From Harriotta raleighana (Eukaryota), in NCBI GenBank assembly GCA_050575255.1, contig JBNZDD010013669.1:3082589-3146588 (forward strand): DNA of 64,000 nucleotides. Direction: 5' to 3'. A model generated the notes under the pieces. That model was not told where the DNA came from. It saw only the letters and a program-made list of their open reading frames with translations, and made no database searches. Made by a program: the position numbers and the translations under genes. Shown here in pieces: positions 34,701 to 49,879 of the stretch; the first letter of the stretch is position 1; every line of letters starts with the position of its first letter.

Positions 34701-37700
34701 GGTGAGGAAAGGATCAGGATCAACTGTGCTGCCTACTGCAGCCAAGTAGCTTGGGCACTCATTGCAAAGGGTACGCATGAATAATGGCCCCTTGGGCAAC
34801 TAGCCCCAATGGAATTATACCCCTAATAGAGGGAAAACAAAAGAGGAAAGGAAAATTGTTGAGAAAACAAATAAAAGATAAACATAATAAACATAATTGA
34901 CCCTATCGATAGATATTCTGTATCCAGGATGTGCTTCACAAATACTGTAGTAGGTTAGGAAATTTATTCAAGAGATGTTACTGTATTATGTGATTTTTGC
35001 TGTTGGCAACGGTTGTAAGATGAAACACAATGCTTCATTTGCATAAGCACACAAAGCTAAGTTTCACTGTTATGTCAGGCAAATTCAATATTTTTTATTG
35101 CGTTTTTTATTCTGAAAAAATTAATCAAAGGCCTTATGTAAAATTTGATGGATTGGGAAAAAAATTATTACACTTCTATGTCAAACTGCTTGACTGATAT
35201 ATGGAACCCTAATGAAGCTTTACAGGTTCCATTACCTTTACAGGCACTCAGTATGCTGACAGCATATTCTGTCACTGCTGATCAGGTTCCATCTTTTTAA
35301 AGTGAGATGCAGTTATCAATGAGGTGAGTTTTAATATTCAGATTGGAACAGATGATAAATCATTTCTACATAATTAGTGTACAGCAAGGTTACAGCTGAC
35401 ATGAATTTTTATCTTAATTATGGAATAAATTTGTTCCATTAATTTAATTTAGCTTGCATGAATGAGTAGATGCTTAACAAAGTTAATCTTACACCTGTCA
35501 TTGTAAGATTAGAGAGCTTCATTCTAAAAATATAGAAACAGATACTCTATCATGCAAGGTTTCTGCTGCTCAGTGCACTGTGATGTGTAAATGGGAGGGA
35601 ACGGGGAAGGTTTTACAATTTGCCTTTCCCTCATATCACTGCTATAAACGTTGCTTAATTTGTAGTGTGCTTAATTCTGACTCACTAATGCATTATCTCT
35701 TTCATTACGAGCAACTGACTAAATGTCTACTCTTTGAAGTTATAATTCAGTAATAGCATGATTATTTAAATACTGAACTAATGATACATCAAACCTGTAG
35801 TTAACTAAATTTGTAGTCATGATTGCTTAGCTGCCACATTTCTCTATATCATCATTTACCTTAGAATCCTCACATGACAACCTATACGTCATTTTCATCA
35901 TGAATATGAGAAAAAATTTAAAGGATTATGATTGTTACAATTCGTTCATCAATTTTAAATCTAGTATCAAATTGCTAATTCACAATAGGTCACGTGTAGA
36001 TAGTCAGGTTTCTGTTTATTCAGTTGTTTTTCTAAGATGTTGATCACTCTGCATTAACATTTTTCACAATACTGTATCGAACAGTAAGCAGCCAAACCTG
36101 CAGTTCTTGTTAGCTGTTTTGATATTAGATATTAGATAGTACAATAAGATGAAACAAATGTGAACATTACTACCTAATAATAATTCTTGTGTTTGTTATA
36201 CCACCCATAACATCAAAATATCTTCACAGAAAATTGCTGGAAGCATTGCAATTGTGTAATTTTGGGACAAATACAGCATCAATTTGTGCACAAAAATGTT
36301 CCAAACCATAGTCTTGAAGAGAATGATACATTTAATCAAATAATTTGTTACCAAGACACCAGGGACACCACATTGGAGTATCAATCTACACTATGACATC
36401 AAGGTGGGGCTTGAACCCATAACTATCTGACCTCAAACGAGTACCAATTCAGCTAACCTGACAAAACGTTCACATATATTGTTGCATTAATAACACTAAC
36501 ATTACAGTATGAAGTGCTACATTACAGTATTAAAAGACTTATTGTATTAGTTGAGGTATTACTTGTTCAGATAGTAATGGATCAACAACTAGCTCGTTCA
36601 AACCTTTTCATCACATTAATTGGAAATGCACCTCAATAGACAAAAGTGCTCTTTAATATGAAACCTTATCTCAACCAAGAGTGGTAGTGTAAATGGAAAC
36701 AAAGTTCTTCCACAAATGGAGAGAGGAATATTGGAATGAATGTCCATTCTTGCAGTGAGTTATTTAGCATCATACATTAAGGCCTGGGAGGTAATTTTCT
36801 GCTGGGAAGGAGGTGGAGGAGGGGACTAAAAATATGGAAGAAAATTTATTGAAGAGTGTTTGACCCCAAAAAAGAATGGACTTAAATCTCAAAATATTCC
36901 CACATAAACGTGTAGCTGTAATATGTGAATATACATGATGGTGTAGTAGCAGTTGCTGTATGGCATGTGTGCCCATAAATTATGTCTAAAATGTTATGGC
37001 TCAATGTTCAAGGCTTAAGCCTTAGAATTTTCACAACTGATTCACATGAAAGGGTGTTTGAGGAATGGGAGCAGAGTGGGTATGCATATAAATAAATCAT
37101 ATGAATGTATTATGCAGTATAAGAAAATGGACAATAGTTATCTCCATAGACCCTTTTTGTTTTGCTTGTGAGATCATTTGAACAGTGACAATTTGAAGAA
37201 GAATAATTTTTTTTAATTTTAAGACAGCACTCTGGAGACCTACAAACTGAATTGTGTGTAAGAACTATACAGTTTGTGCTTTCATCATTCTAACAAAGTG
37301 TTTCAGAGCTAAACATGTAAAATTTATGTTTTTTCAACAAGTTGCATTATTGAAATCTAATGCATTTCTATTTGTCTTAACAAAAAATTCCTAAAAACCT
37401 CTAAGTATTAAAACACCCTTGAAGTTCAGATTGTGCACCAATTCATTTCTTATTATAGGTTTGCACGTGGAAAATGCATGAAATTTCATACGGGCAGCAA
37501 AAGAGAAAAATGCCTACAAGATCTAAGCATAGAATTCCAATGTACTGTTTCCATTCAATCCCATTTTGTGAATCCTGATCCAAGTGTAATCCTCATCCAA
37601 GCATAACACTTCTTGGCAAATTACTTTTCCATTTATCAAGATTTAAGTGGCAGGCATCTTTTTGAACATTAGAACTCTTTGTGTGTGCGTTACTAATGTA

Positions 37701-40700
37701 ATTTCTTTCACATGCTCTAAATGTACTTTTTAAAAATGTTTTTAAAAATGTGATTATTGAATCCCAGCAAATTAAGGTCCCTTAAATAGGAATAATAATG
37801 ACCAAAGTTAAAGCATGATAGGAAGTAACCATTTATAAATAATCTTGAGCAACAAAGAGGAAACTAATGATAATAAAAATAACAAATCCTTGCATTTGAT
37901 CTCATGCCTTATCAAATCATTGAGACATCTCAAAGCGCTTCACAGAGTATACTGTAAAGTGAATTGCCTCTATATTTTGTGGACAAAAAGAGAAAACAAG
38001 ACTACTTACCTCAGGCAAGACCTGGGGTAGAAGCTGCATGATTGATTAATACATTGTGATTTTAAAATGCAAAATATTAAATTATTGAGAAGTTGTGAAT
38101 GGGACAATTTCATTCAGGTAAGTTTTTTTTAAAAAGCAAATAAAGTGCTGCTTAGGAAAATTGAACACAAAATGATAGGACACATGTCTGTGCCATTGAT
38201 TCCTCCATATGGTGAGTTCTTGATCTCAGTAAGAACATGGTGGGAGGTAGCAAGCAGCAGCTAAGACTTTCCTTGTGGATGGGAGAAATCAGAGGCCAAG
38301 CAACTCGGGAATATGCCTGTTGGGCTGACTTGAGCAACAGAAGCATGGGAAAAGTTTGCTGTCTTAAAACCTCAATATGGTGAGACACAAAGAGAGGAGA
38401 GAGCAAATAATATTAAATTCATAGATAAATAAATAGCATGAATATTTGATATATACAACCTTTATTCCTTTTGTAGACTATTCAATTTGTGCTATTAAAG
38501 AGGTATTTTCTGCCACTTTCTACCATTTTTCAACCTAGAACTTGTGCATTCATTTTTATTTAGTCAAAATCTCATGAGTCAATACAATGGCTTTGCTAAT
38601 ACTGTGTTGCATTATAAACTGGAACCTTGAAATCTAACATGACCTCCAATCCAACAATTGTTTGGAGAAATGGTTGTAAGAAAAAAGAACATCAGTGACA
38701 CTATCCATATTACAGCACAATATTTTATTTATTGTTTTTATTATTTGACGGGAATTACTCACAATGTGCTAACCAACAATAACCCAAATAAAATTTGTCC
38801 CACACTCCATGGCTGTTTGTGGGTCATTACTGTATATAAATTGGCTGCCGCATTCACCCACAAAATACACACAGTCACACCACTTTAGAGTCCATGTAAT
38901 CACTAAATAATTGTTAGTATAATTTAAACATACATAAAACACTGATTCCATAAATGAGAATATACTGAATGTCCTAATCTAAATTTGATTACTGAATGGC
39001 AATTAATGAAAACATTCATAATTTTTGCATGCTTTGTCATTACTGTTCTCAGTGGAGACAGATTTTTCAGTTGTATTAGTTTTTATCCTCACATAAATAA
39101 GAGTGGCGTACTACAGTTTGACCCTCATGAGCAAAGCCTAAATGATTCAGTTCTGATTTGTCTCCTGTGAGTTTGATAATCATTTCTATATGTGAGAGAT
39201 TCAATGTCTATCTAAATATTCAAGTCAAATGCTGCTTGCAAATCCTTTGCTTGCAATGAAGCTACCGTCAATTCTCTAACAGACTGAGTACAAACTCAAA
39301 CAGATTTCCATTTTTGTGTTTGATGTTGGACTAAATTAATGATGCAGTGAATTCATTGTACACCTGTTCTTGCCAGCTGTCGATGTAACTGAGTGACAGG
39401 GGTCTTCTGGAGACTGAGCTCAGATCCCAATCTGTGTCTGTACAAGAGAATAAGCAGCGCAGGGAACGCCGGGACAGAAAGAGGTGGAGATTGTAAAGGA
39501 GAATCAGGGACACAGATGTGAGGACAGCCTGATAAAGGAAGACAATAATGTCTGAGGGAATAAGCTCAAACAAAAAGCAGATGTCATTTCATTAACATAA
39601 ATTTGGAGCATTAGTAAATGTTTTAGAATCATACCCACAGACATTAACAGTGGATTATTAAACTTGAGATTGGTTTTTGTATAGTTTATGCAAATGCTTG
39701 AAGCTTCTTTATTATCAAGACCAAACTGCAGTGGAGTTAAGTCTCGGTCTCAGCCTCAACCCCCCGACCCCAATCATTTTGTTCTCCCTTTCGCCTCTCA
39801 CTGTAATATGCCATGCTGTAACCATGAGTGTAGCCCCACAGTCTCTGCCAGTGATTTCTGATTCTCCTCTCTAACTAGCTGTTAGAAGATTAGTTGATTC
39901 ACCTATGATGTCTCTCCCATCCTCTTCAGTGGAAGTATTCTACTTCCATGGCCACCTGCCTCAACAGCTCAAATGATATTGGGAACTTTGTGTTTTTCCT
40001 GCTTTTCTTCCCCTGACCCCTCCCCCCACTTGACTGTACAGCGCCTTGGGACGTCCTCCTGACGTGAAAGGCGCTATATAAATATAATATATAAAATAAA
40101 TAAATATGAATAAAATAAATTAGGATCCTGAAACTATTCTAAGATTAATAAAGACCAACCATGCCCCCATTGATACATTGGTAACACTGTTTTGCAGGTT
40201 GTTACTAATTTTGTTTGACTTATGTAGCTGATTATCAAAGTGAATATACTAGTCGACATTGGAAACAAAACAGAATGTGAATAGGATCCCTTATCTAGTT
40301 GTCATTGTTGACATTGGAAAATTTCTTTAAGCATGTGAGTTATAAAACTATTCTATTATAGCGACCTCATATCATCCATTGTTTATAGGCAGGATGAAAC
40401 TCCAGAATACAACACAATTAAAAATGTACTGTATAATCCTCAACACAATGATATAAAAGTTTTTATTAGCTCTTACAATCCCTATCAAAGGGTGATATTG
40501 ATATTTTGAACACATTAACAGAATCCATTATTATCTGTTAGAAATGTTACCTGGCATGGAATGGGATTGGTATGTCACTTGGATCAGAGGTACTTATATT
40601 GCACAGTAATAATTGCATTCTGACTAGGTCATGGGGGAAATAGTAGGATATTAGGGACCAAAATAACTGATATAAAAAGACGATTTCTAATGGAATCCAG

Positions 40701-41160
40701 TAGTGCTTTGCAGTCATTCTGCATTTTGTCATCTCTATTATCTGAAGTGATTCACAGTCCATTATGTGAGCCCTTCCTATTAATAGACTGTCTATCTGTT
40801 GTAATACAGACACTTCATTTCTTTAACTGTACTCTACAGTCTAGGGAAAATCTGTCATTCTGAATTTCATCCAGAATCAATTTCTGGTTCTCTATGGGCT
40901 GTAAATTTTTTTCCTTTCACTGATTTCCTGACTAAAATTACTGTGGATAATTCGAGAGTTCTGAAACTGCATTGCTGTGTTTGGCCATTCTGCTCAGGCC
41001 CCGTAACCGTACCTGGGCTGATGACTGGATAATAGTTTTCCTCACAGCTGCTGGATAAAGTCAGCATTTTTTTATTATGAGAACGTTGGAAGATTTGTTT
41101 GATTATATACAGGATATGGTGACGGTGTGTTATGGGAGTTCTTCACGAGTGTGAAAGGCC

Positions 41161-41197
41161 CATAACTCACAAATGCTGCAGCCATTTGTGAGTTATG
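41161..41197. repeat. Inverted repeat with perfect 15-bp arms
   Basis: cataactcacaaatg-ctgcagc-catttgtgagttatg. Confidence 0.9.
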
Positions 41198-44100
41198 ATG
41201 GCCAGCACCACACATTAAAAGCTCTTGTAATGCATCGTCAACAATCTGATATTCTACTTATTCAATACGTTAAATGCTCATTTTCAAATGCCTTCTGCAA
41301 CATTTCTTGGAAAATTAACCACAAATGAAAATTTATTGCAGGTTTTCATTTTACCTTATTGATTAGTAATTTTACTTTATTACTCAAAATTATCTTTATC
41401 CAACAGCCATGGAATCATATGGATCTGATAAATTCAGTGGTAATTGCTGATCTAAAAGAGAAGGAATTGCAAATCAAGAGCCATCATTACAATTTATTGT
41501 TACAGTTATTTCAACTTTAAATAACATCTGGGAACAATTTGGGGTAAAACGTATTAACAATCTAATGGCTAATGTGTATCAAATACCAAATGAATTATTT
41601 TTAAGGACAACATAAAACAGCTTTAACCAAGCTTTATTCTTACTTAAATGTAGGTACAGTACTTTCTTTGCTCAAAATATCTACATGTTTTTTTCCCCAT
41701 CACTTTAGGGATCTTTATATTATGCAATTAGAGTTTGGAGAGATAATCTTATCCAAGACTCTGCCAATCTCACTCAACTATACAGTCACTATACAGTACT
41801 TCAAGTCAATCCATTTAGAGAAAGCATAGGAAAAATGGGAGCTTTTTGTCAATCATTTTTGTGATGTCATCAGTCTCACACAATATTGTGATCTTAATCT
41901 GAGTTAGGGATTGCAGCCGCCCCAACCCAAGCTCGGGTCTGAAACAATGACTGTCCAGCTCCTTGGGCCATCCTGATGTGAAAGGCACTATACAAGTTTA
42001 ATTTTGTTGTTGTTGTTGTTAATCTAAAGTAATTCTTCAGAGATGAATCTTATTTTCCCTCACAAACAGCCGAGTGGTGATGTTTTAAAGTCATGCTACC
42101 TTTCTACCAGAGTTATGGCAATGTCAAAGTATTTTTCAACCCATTGAACTATGATCCCTGTGGCAACTCAAAATGGAAAAGATGGTAGCCATGAGCAGGT
42201 GGGACATTTGAATCAATTTCAATTCTTGGCCGGCTTCAGGTTGTAGCTTGTATGTAAGAGGGAACAGTTGTTTCAGGAACCCCTTGCCAATAATTCAACA
42301 ACGTACAGCATTGCTTCCTGCATGTGGCCAGAGAGCTGGCTGCTTCCCTGCATCTTCGATGGAAGCTTTCCCATTTGGGTGCCATTGTTGAAAACAGCCA
42401 TCTGTTGGAGATCTGATTGTTGGAGAAGGAGTGGTTGTTCTGAGTTAGGGAATTTGCTACATTACATTGCTACATTAAACTAACAGATTTAAAGGGATTA
42501 AAAGTGTGTGCTTTTTATCTTGGAAAACGATGCAAACCACCTTACCAAATTAATGTCTCCTTTCAGCTGTGATATGAAAAATGAAAAGATATTTTAAACT
42601 GCATGGAAACACCATAATTATCATAGAGCACTCTCAATAGCTCTATGTGGCTATAGTAATAATTAGACAAATAATAATATTTGGGTTAAAAAAATTCTGC
42701 TTATTAAAATTGATTAATATGCAACATACGGTACCAGACCTCTACTTAAGACTGTGGACTGTTTCGTTTTACATGGCCTCCCCCTGCTGGTGTAGTGGGG
42801 TGAACATCTTTGCATCCTTACCAGAGGAGAAATGGACCATGTTTGCCATGTGTGAGATGCAGTTAGGCAGTAAGTCAATAATGCTACCACCAATTTACTG
42901 CCACATCACTAACTCTTATTATTGAAAATAATTATAAATTATTCTAAAATTATAATTAATACTGTTGCCAGTATTATAATAATCCTTCCATTTGATATTG
43001 CGCTTTATCATATAATTGAGACGTCTGATACAATATAATGTATTTATGACATTGGCTGTGCTTATTGATATAAAATGAGTGTTTGATTACAGTACAGATT
43101 ACAGGATCAGCAAAACATTGCAAACCTGCACCTTTTTTTTAAACAGCCAAACCAGGGATCCTGGAGGTTTTCTGGATGACTGGCATTTTAAGGCACAAAA
43201 GATGTTCATGGTAAAATTGCAAAAATACATATTTAATCATATTGTATTTAAGTATGATAAAAGGATTAATACCCATCAATAAAATATTATGTGTGAATCT
43301 CCCCCAATGCAAAATTCAATAAATCAGTTTTATAAATTTATAATGGGAAAAATAGGGAAAAGTCCATAAATCTTCTGATAAGGAGAAAATGCAACCCATA
43401 TCACATATCTATTGAACATTTTCCTTCAAATTCTTATAAAAATATAGAACTGTCCAAAATACATTTAATCTTAAAAGAGGATCATTATCATTCCCAGTTA
43501 TATGTTGGTATCACTGTCATTTGCAAATCACCCCAAATGATTGTCTGGAAACTCGGATTTGCGTCCCTGACTTGTGGAGGAGAAAGACACACTGGTTTCA
43601 TCGGGCCATTGCTGTCAAATCAGACATAAATAGAAATTAGAATGGCACAGGATCACCAGATAAAAGATAATAAACTACCTGCAACAGAGAAGTGTTGCAG
43701 GGGTCAAGAGTTGACATGTCAACCAGGAGCAGACAGCAGCTGATGTCCCCTTCATTCTGAGCATTGCAAACATTAGTAATACTGTCCAGTCTGCGTCATA
43801 AAACTGAATTGGACACTGACCAACATGCAGACAACAATGTACAATGTTTGAGGATTATTAGTGTGCAGACCCTTGGTTGTCTTAACTTTTCTTCTTACAG
43901 GTCTTGAGCTACAGGGATTGTTGATCCAGTCTCCAGATTATCACAATTTAAGGACAACTCAACTCTGATTGTTCCCCACCTTAAATGCCTCCACAATATT
44001 GTAATCCTCAATTCAACAAAAGGTATGTGCAGGATGTACAACAGCATCCTCCAAATTATGAATTTCAACTTCTGTCCCGCTTTGTAACTATTGACAAATT

Positions 44101-47049
44101 ACCTCCTCTGCCATAATTATACTGTTGGAAGTAAAGCAATATCGCTCCCAGCAGTAAAACCATTAGGAGCATGAAACCTGATTTTCATTTTTCGCTCATA
44201 AAAGCATTGTCCAGAAGCTGAGGCAACTGAGAACCTGTGTAGAATTCTGGCTGGCTGTTACAGTATATTAACTATTAGTCCCTCATGAGTTTCTCAGTGA
44301 CCTATTTAGACACATAGGAACATTTATGAATTGCAGGAACATTAAGGAACCATTTCTGAAAAGCACCTAATTGATTTGCACCCACTGCTTTGATAAAATC
44401 ATAGAATCAAATAAATTTAATTACACAAGAAAACCATTTCATCAGTATTACATCCGTTATACTGGACTAACGCCCACAAGAACCATCCACTCTAATATCA
44501 TTTGCCCTCTCTTTATTCTGTTTTCCTGGAATATTTAACCTTTTTAATGCCTTTGGGAAGCAGCTTCACAGTTTTTCCCTTTCCTTTACTTTTTCACATT
44601 TAATAACATGACAAGATTTGCTACAGGCTAAACCTGCATAATTTTACTCAGATATGTGGTTTACTATTCATTGTTCAAACCCATTATTAGGATTACTCAA
44701 TGTTTTCATATTTGATTTACACATGTTCTGAAAAAGAATTTCGCAGCAGGTGTGGGAAGTCTAATACTACCAGCTGTAGAATGCTGACCTCCCAACCAGA
44801 TGGTTGAGGGTTCGAATTCCTGGGCTACCTGTCAATCCATCGCACCTGTCACTACCAGGAACAACTTTCATTTGTTTTCGGCCAGTACTGTTGGAAAGAA
44901 CTTCTCAGTATGATTGGACAGTCGGTTTTCATACACTGACAAGATGTGCTCTGTTATGTACCTTTGGGTGGCTAATCCCTAATGAAATTATCAATGTTCA
45001 TAGAAAAATATTGCTCTAAACTATCTCCCCCTTTCATGTAAAGCAGCAAATTCATTTTAGCTACAAATTGAAGAATATTATTGCACAGAAATCACTTATA
45101 TGATTTTAGAACTAATCCTCTTTAGAGCAGAAATTCAAAAATGCAACAAAAAGTAGTCAGAGGCTTATCTGACCGTCGCCACCATTACCATTACTGAGGG
45201 AAAATAGTCTCATCTGAACACAATCTGTTCAGCAATATTGTATAACAAAAAAAAGATAAAGAGCACATAGTCAATACTAAATAATATTCTTGCTTCTAAA
45301 TCCAAAAAACTGAAAAAGCAGAACACATTTTTCTGTCAAAATGTAGTCTTACTGCCAAGACTAAAATAGTCCACTGATAATTTATGCATTGATACATGCT
45401 TTACTACAAATGTAACCTTATAATCAGCAAATCATTTCTTGTAGGCATTTCGTCTTGTGTCTATGGCCTGTGGTATGCATAGAAACATCTTATCTACCCA
45501 TAACAAAGTCCAGTTATTGTGCTTCCAGGCGCAGTCCGACTACTGTAAGGATAATGGTGCTGGCTTCCATTGCTCTGCTCTGCCATTCAGTTTCAAAAAA
45601 TCTACATTTTGTTGTCAACTTTACAAATTATGAAACCTTCTTATGACAGTCAACAAACTAAAGGCTGACACTGTTGGTTGTCAAATCACATGGTGCAAAT
45701 ACAGAAGATATGTTTGCCAAATCGAATAGTTTTGACTGAGTCACTTTGCACTGTTACAACAACAAAATTTCATTTGTAGAGCACTTTTCACTTTGGGAAG
45801 ATATCCCAAGATCCTGAACAGTCAGGAGTCAGGACCCGGACATAGGAGAGTGGGGGGAATGGAGCAGGATTGGGATGGCAGAGAGGTAGGACTAGTAGGA
45901 CTAGGACTAGTTACAGACTACTGTGTTAAGAAAAGAAAAGGTATAAAGCAAGGCTTGACTATACATTATATTCAATAATATACTCCGGATTGCGTTCCAT
46001 GAAAGGAGTTGAGGCAATATTTAATGAATTGATTAAGCTTTACTCTCATAGTTCAAAGGATCTTAAACTCTTTAGGCAACATTGTTAGTTAATAGCTGTT
46101 AAGTATGAAATGTATTTTAACATTAATATTTGTGAAAATTAAAAAAACACTGAACAAAAATGTTATAGTATACAGATAACTGATTTATTCTATTCAAAGC
46201 TCAACATTACACTACAAATGTTTAAATCTTATCCATGTAATTATGACATGAGCAGTAGCTTTCACCAGCCAGACAATGTGCCAGCGAAGGAAAGCAAATG
46301 CCTTTTGAAGATTTTACAGCTTTTCAGAACGTTTCTGCATTATACTTTGTTTTCCGCAAAGGAGAGGATTTTGCCAATGTCATGGCATAAAAACAGAAGG
46401 GACTGTTGATCTAACTTTGGACACTTGTTGAAATCCATGTGCAAAGAAACTGATGTCTAACAAAGCGTGCACAATTGATTCAGTCGGTAAGATGCAGCTT
46501 CAACACATTACTTTGAAATTCATTTGTCTGCCAGACGATCAGCATTCCAGTCACAGATTTTAGTTTTGATTAACTTGCCTCTTTGCAGTGATTTATTACC
46601 ATTCCAAGTTGACAAGGATGCCATCAAGCCTCAGAAATTAGTACTCTGCTCAATGTCAAGGTTTAAATAGGTGTATGTTTGTCACAGATTGTGGCGTCAG
46701 GTAGACTGCGTACCACACCACAACCTTTCTGCTTTTGTCCTGCAATGTAATAGGTGATGAAGTCCAGAGAAACTAAGACAAAGAAAGGCATTGACTGCAA
46801 GGTAACTTATAAGTTAAAATGAAAGAGATAAAGAGATACTACATGGCCAGAGTATCTCATTTATTCTTAAGTGCACCTTATCCGAGTTCTATACAAATAA
46901 GGAGAAAGGTCAACCAAAGAAATATCAGTATTATAATGCAGAGAGAAAAGCTTTTGTTTTATAAAAAGAAAAGAAAAGATTTTTAGGATATAAATCGAAC
47001 TTTTCAAATTATTTCAAGCATGTACAATTGCAAGTTGCTAATGATAATA

Positions 47050-47475
47050 ATAATAATAATCCTGTAATAATGATCCTTGCATTTGATATAGCACCTTATC
47101 ATATCTTCAAGACATCTCAATGCGCTTCACAGAAATACACTGTAAAACGAATTGACGATTTTTTTGTGGGAAAAGCGATGAGTTTCTATACTTCACAGGG
47201 AAATGGCAGCAGCCAATTGTGCACCCTTGTGTCCTACAAACAGTTATGGATTGAGCAACCAAATGATTATCAGTTTTTTAAAATTATTTTTGAAGGGATT
47301 ATTACCTCGGAAAAGCGATATGCCAATCGACTAAAAGATGGGTTCCTACTTACAGCTAGGTGAACAGAGGCATGAATAGTAAGGAAACTTGGCTAACATT
47401 TCGACCTGCCCGGGAATCAAACTCAGGTCCTCTCTTGTGAGCCAAGCACTCTAGCCAACACTCTACAGGACTCCA
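47050..47475 (-). mobile_element. tRNA-derived SINE (long subfamily)
   Basis: Head, middle block (ggaaaagcgat..gggttcctact), core and tail. Confidence 0.85.
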
Positions 47476-49209
47476 TGCTGCAAATGACGCCAAACGATGC
47501 TCAATTCTCGCAATTAGCAGAGAAATAATAACTGCAGACTTTTGCTTTTCATAATTTTTAATAAACTAAAGGCTAGATAGCTGCTGTACTTGTGGTCAAA
47601 AGCTGAATGATAGTACCGGTTCATGGTGATTATAATGAAAATTATCCTTGTTTTCCTTTAGATGCTTTGCCAAAGGTTGCTATTGATGTGTTATGAGGTG
47701 TAAACATCAGGATATTGAGCTCCATACATCTCTCCGACCAGCTGGCAATATTAGCTAGTCCAATGGACAGAAGAGCAGCAGGATGACATTTAGTTTTAAT
47801 CATTTAATTTAGGTATTGGTTGCTTTGAGTCTGAATTCTTAAATAGCAATGACTGAGACTTTACTTTATTCAAAATAAGCTTTTTTTTAAACACACACAC
47901 ATTGATTCCGGACGCTTGACTGCTAACACTAATGCACTATGCATCACTAATTTATTTGCTCTAGTATTCACAGTTAATGCCTTACTATTTGGCATGAATT
48001 ATGAATTATTGAATTTATTGTATGCAAACAATCCACCCAGACTAGACATGCTAGAGTTGTGGGATTAAGCCCAGTAGTGATGAATGCAATGAAATATACT
48101 GTATGCATTCAACTTTAATCAATGTTCCAGTGATGATTCAGAAATGTGTTTCTTGGTTTGAAGTGTGACTGGGTGCATACAAAACTGTTGGGGAACCAAT
48201 TGAAACTAAACTTGGTTGGTTCTGCTAAACTGACGTGGACCTCAAGTCAACATAATTCTTTAAACCAGAATCAAAGCAATTTAGAATTGTATCAAGGGCT
48301 ATGCTATGCCTGCAGGATGTTAACATACATGCAGCATTATTACACATATGGGAACTGGAACTCCATGGCAAATGCATATTTACCATGAAAATTAGGGGGC
48401 CAAGTCCATGTTGCTGTGAGGCTAACTAATTTCACTGATTTCAAATCCACCACCATGATATTTTTTCAGCCATTTCTCTGTGAAGTATAGAAACTCATCA
48501 TTTTTCATTATCTACACAAAATAAACAGCCAAAATATAGTTGCAATTATAATTACTGTACTCTGCATAGAATCTTCTATAGGCTGGCAAAACTCTCTATT
48601 CTCCCACAAAAATGTGTCTTTGTCCCCTTCCTTGATAACAGAAGAGCATGAACTTTCCATTCTGCACACCAGACAGCCCTTATGAGCGATTCTCCCAATT
48701 TACGCTGCATTTATACTGCATGTTTGTCAGTGTTTGGTAATATGATTCCTGTCACAAAGCAGCACTAATCTACAATAAAACTCTCAATTGGTAACACTTT
48801 CCTTAGAGGTCTTCAATTGGGCTTCAGCTCAAGGCCTCATTTAGAATTCATCTATATTTTGCACAATAATAATACTCGTTTCATTTTCATGTCTTCTAGA
48901 CTTCTCAAAGCGCTTCACAGAATATAGTGTAAAGTGAATTGGCTGTATATTTTGTGGGTGAAATGGGCAGCCAATTGCACACAGCAATGTCCCACAAAGT
49001 AAGATGTTTGTGGGACACTGTGGGACAAGTAAGATGCTGATTTGTTTTTCTCATATTATTTGGACAAGGAAGCCACAATTTCATATAATTCTGTTTCCAA
49101 ATTCAAATGTACATTTTGATAAGTAATATAATTTGCACTCATATCAGTTCAAACATGAAAGCTGTTGGTACTAAGTGACCTCCAGTGGCCACAAAACGTA
49201 ACAGCTTTG

Positions 49210-49528
49210 ATCTCCTATAGCTCAGTGGTTAGAGCACTTGCCTGACAAACATGAGACCTGTGTTCGAATCCAGGAAGATCAGGACGAAACCTTGAGCAAG
49301 TTTCCTTACTCCACATGCCTAATAATAATCCGTCCAAAAAAAACACAATAATAAAAATTAGTCATTTTCAATCCATGACTGTTTGTGGGACACTGCTGTG
49401 CGCAATTGGCTGCCGCGTTTCTCCCACATATATACAGTCAATTCACTTTACAGTATATTCTGTGAAACAATTTGAGATGTCGATAAGATGTGAAAAGCAC
49501 TGTATCAAATGCAAGGATTATTATTATC
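49210..49528 (+). mobile_element. tRNA-derived SINE (short subfamily)
   Basis: tcctatagctcagtggttagagc..gttcgaatcc head; core; (att)n tail. Confidence 0.9.
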
Positions 49529-49879
49529 TCAACACAAAATGTTGAACCATAATCACGAGTGCAAAGCCACTGCTGGTTAGCTATATATATATATATATAT
49601 ATAATTCATATGGAGCAATCCTGTTTAAAAATACTGAGTAACTGCACTAAAAGGGCTGCCACTTGCAGGGTGGACAATCTGAGGCTACAGCTGTGCAGTA
49701 CTTTTCCACTCTCCTGTGACCTGAGTGAATTTCCAGGCAGTGCGTCTGGTACAAGTACAGATGTGATCGCTGCCCTATTGTACTTTGCTCTCCAACCAAC
49801 CCAGAGATAACAACAGCAACATGCATTTCCACAACAGGTTAAACAAGTTTAATGAATTTTCAAATTTAATAATAATAAG

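Noticed and set aside
40547-41067. Two adjacent minus-strand ORFs ending near a donor-like CAG|gtaac
   Set aside because: No recognisable protein in any frame, and several stops
49210-49285. tRNA gene-like sequences (also 13321, 24910-24983, 63047 and others)
   Set aside because: They are SINE heads followed by the SINE body and lack an intact acceptor stem
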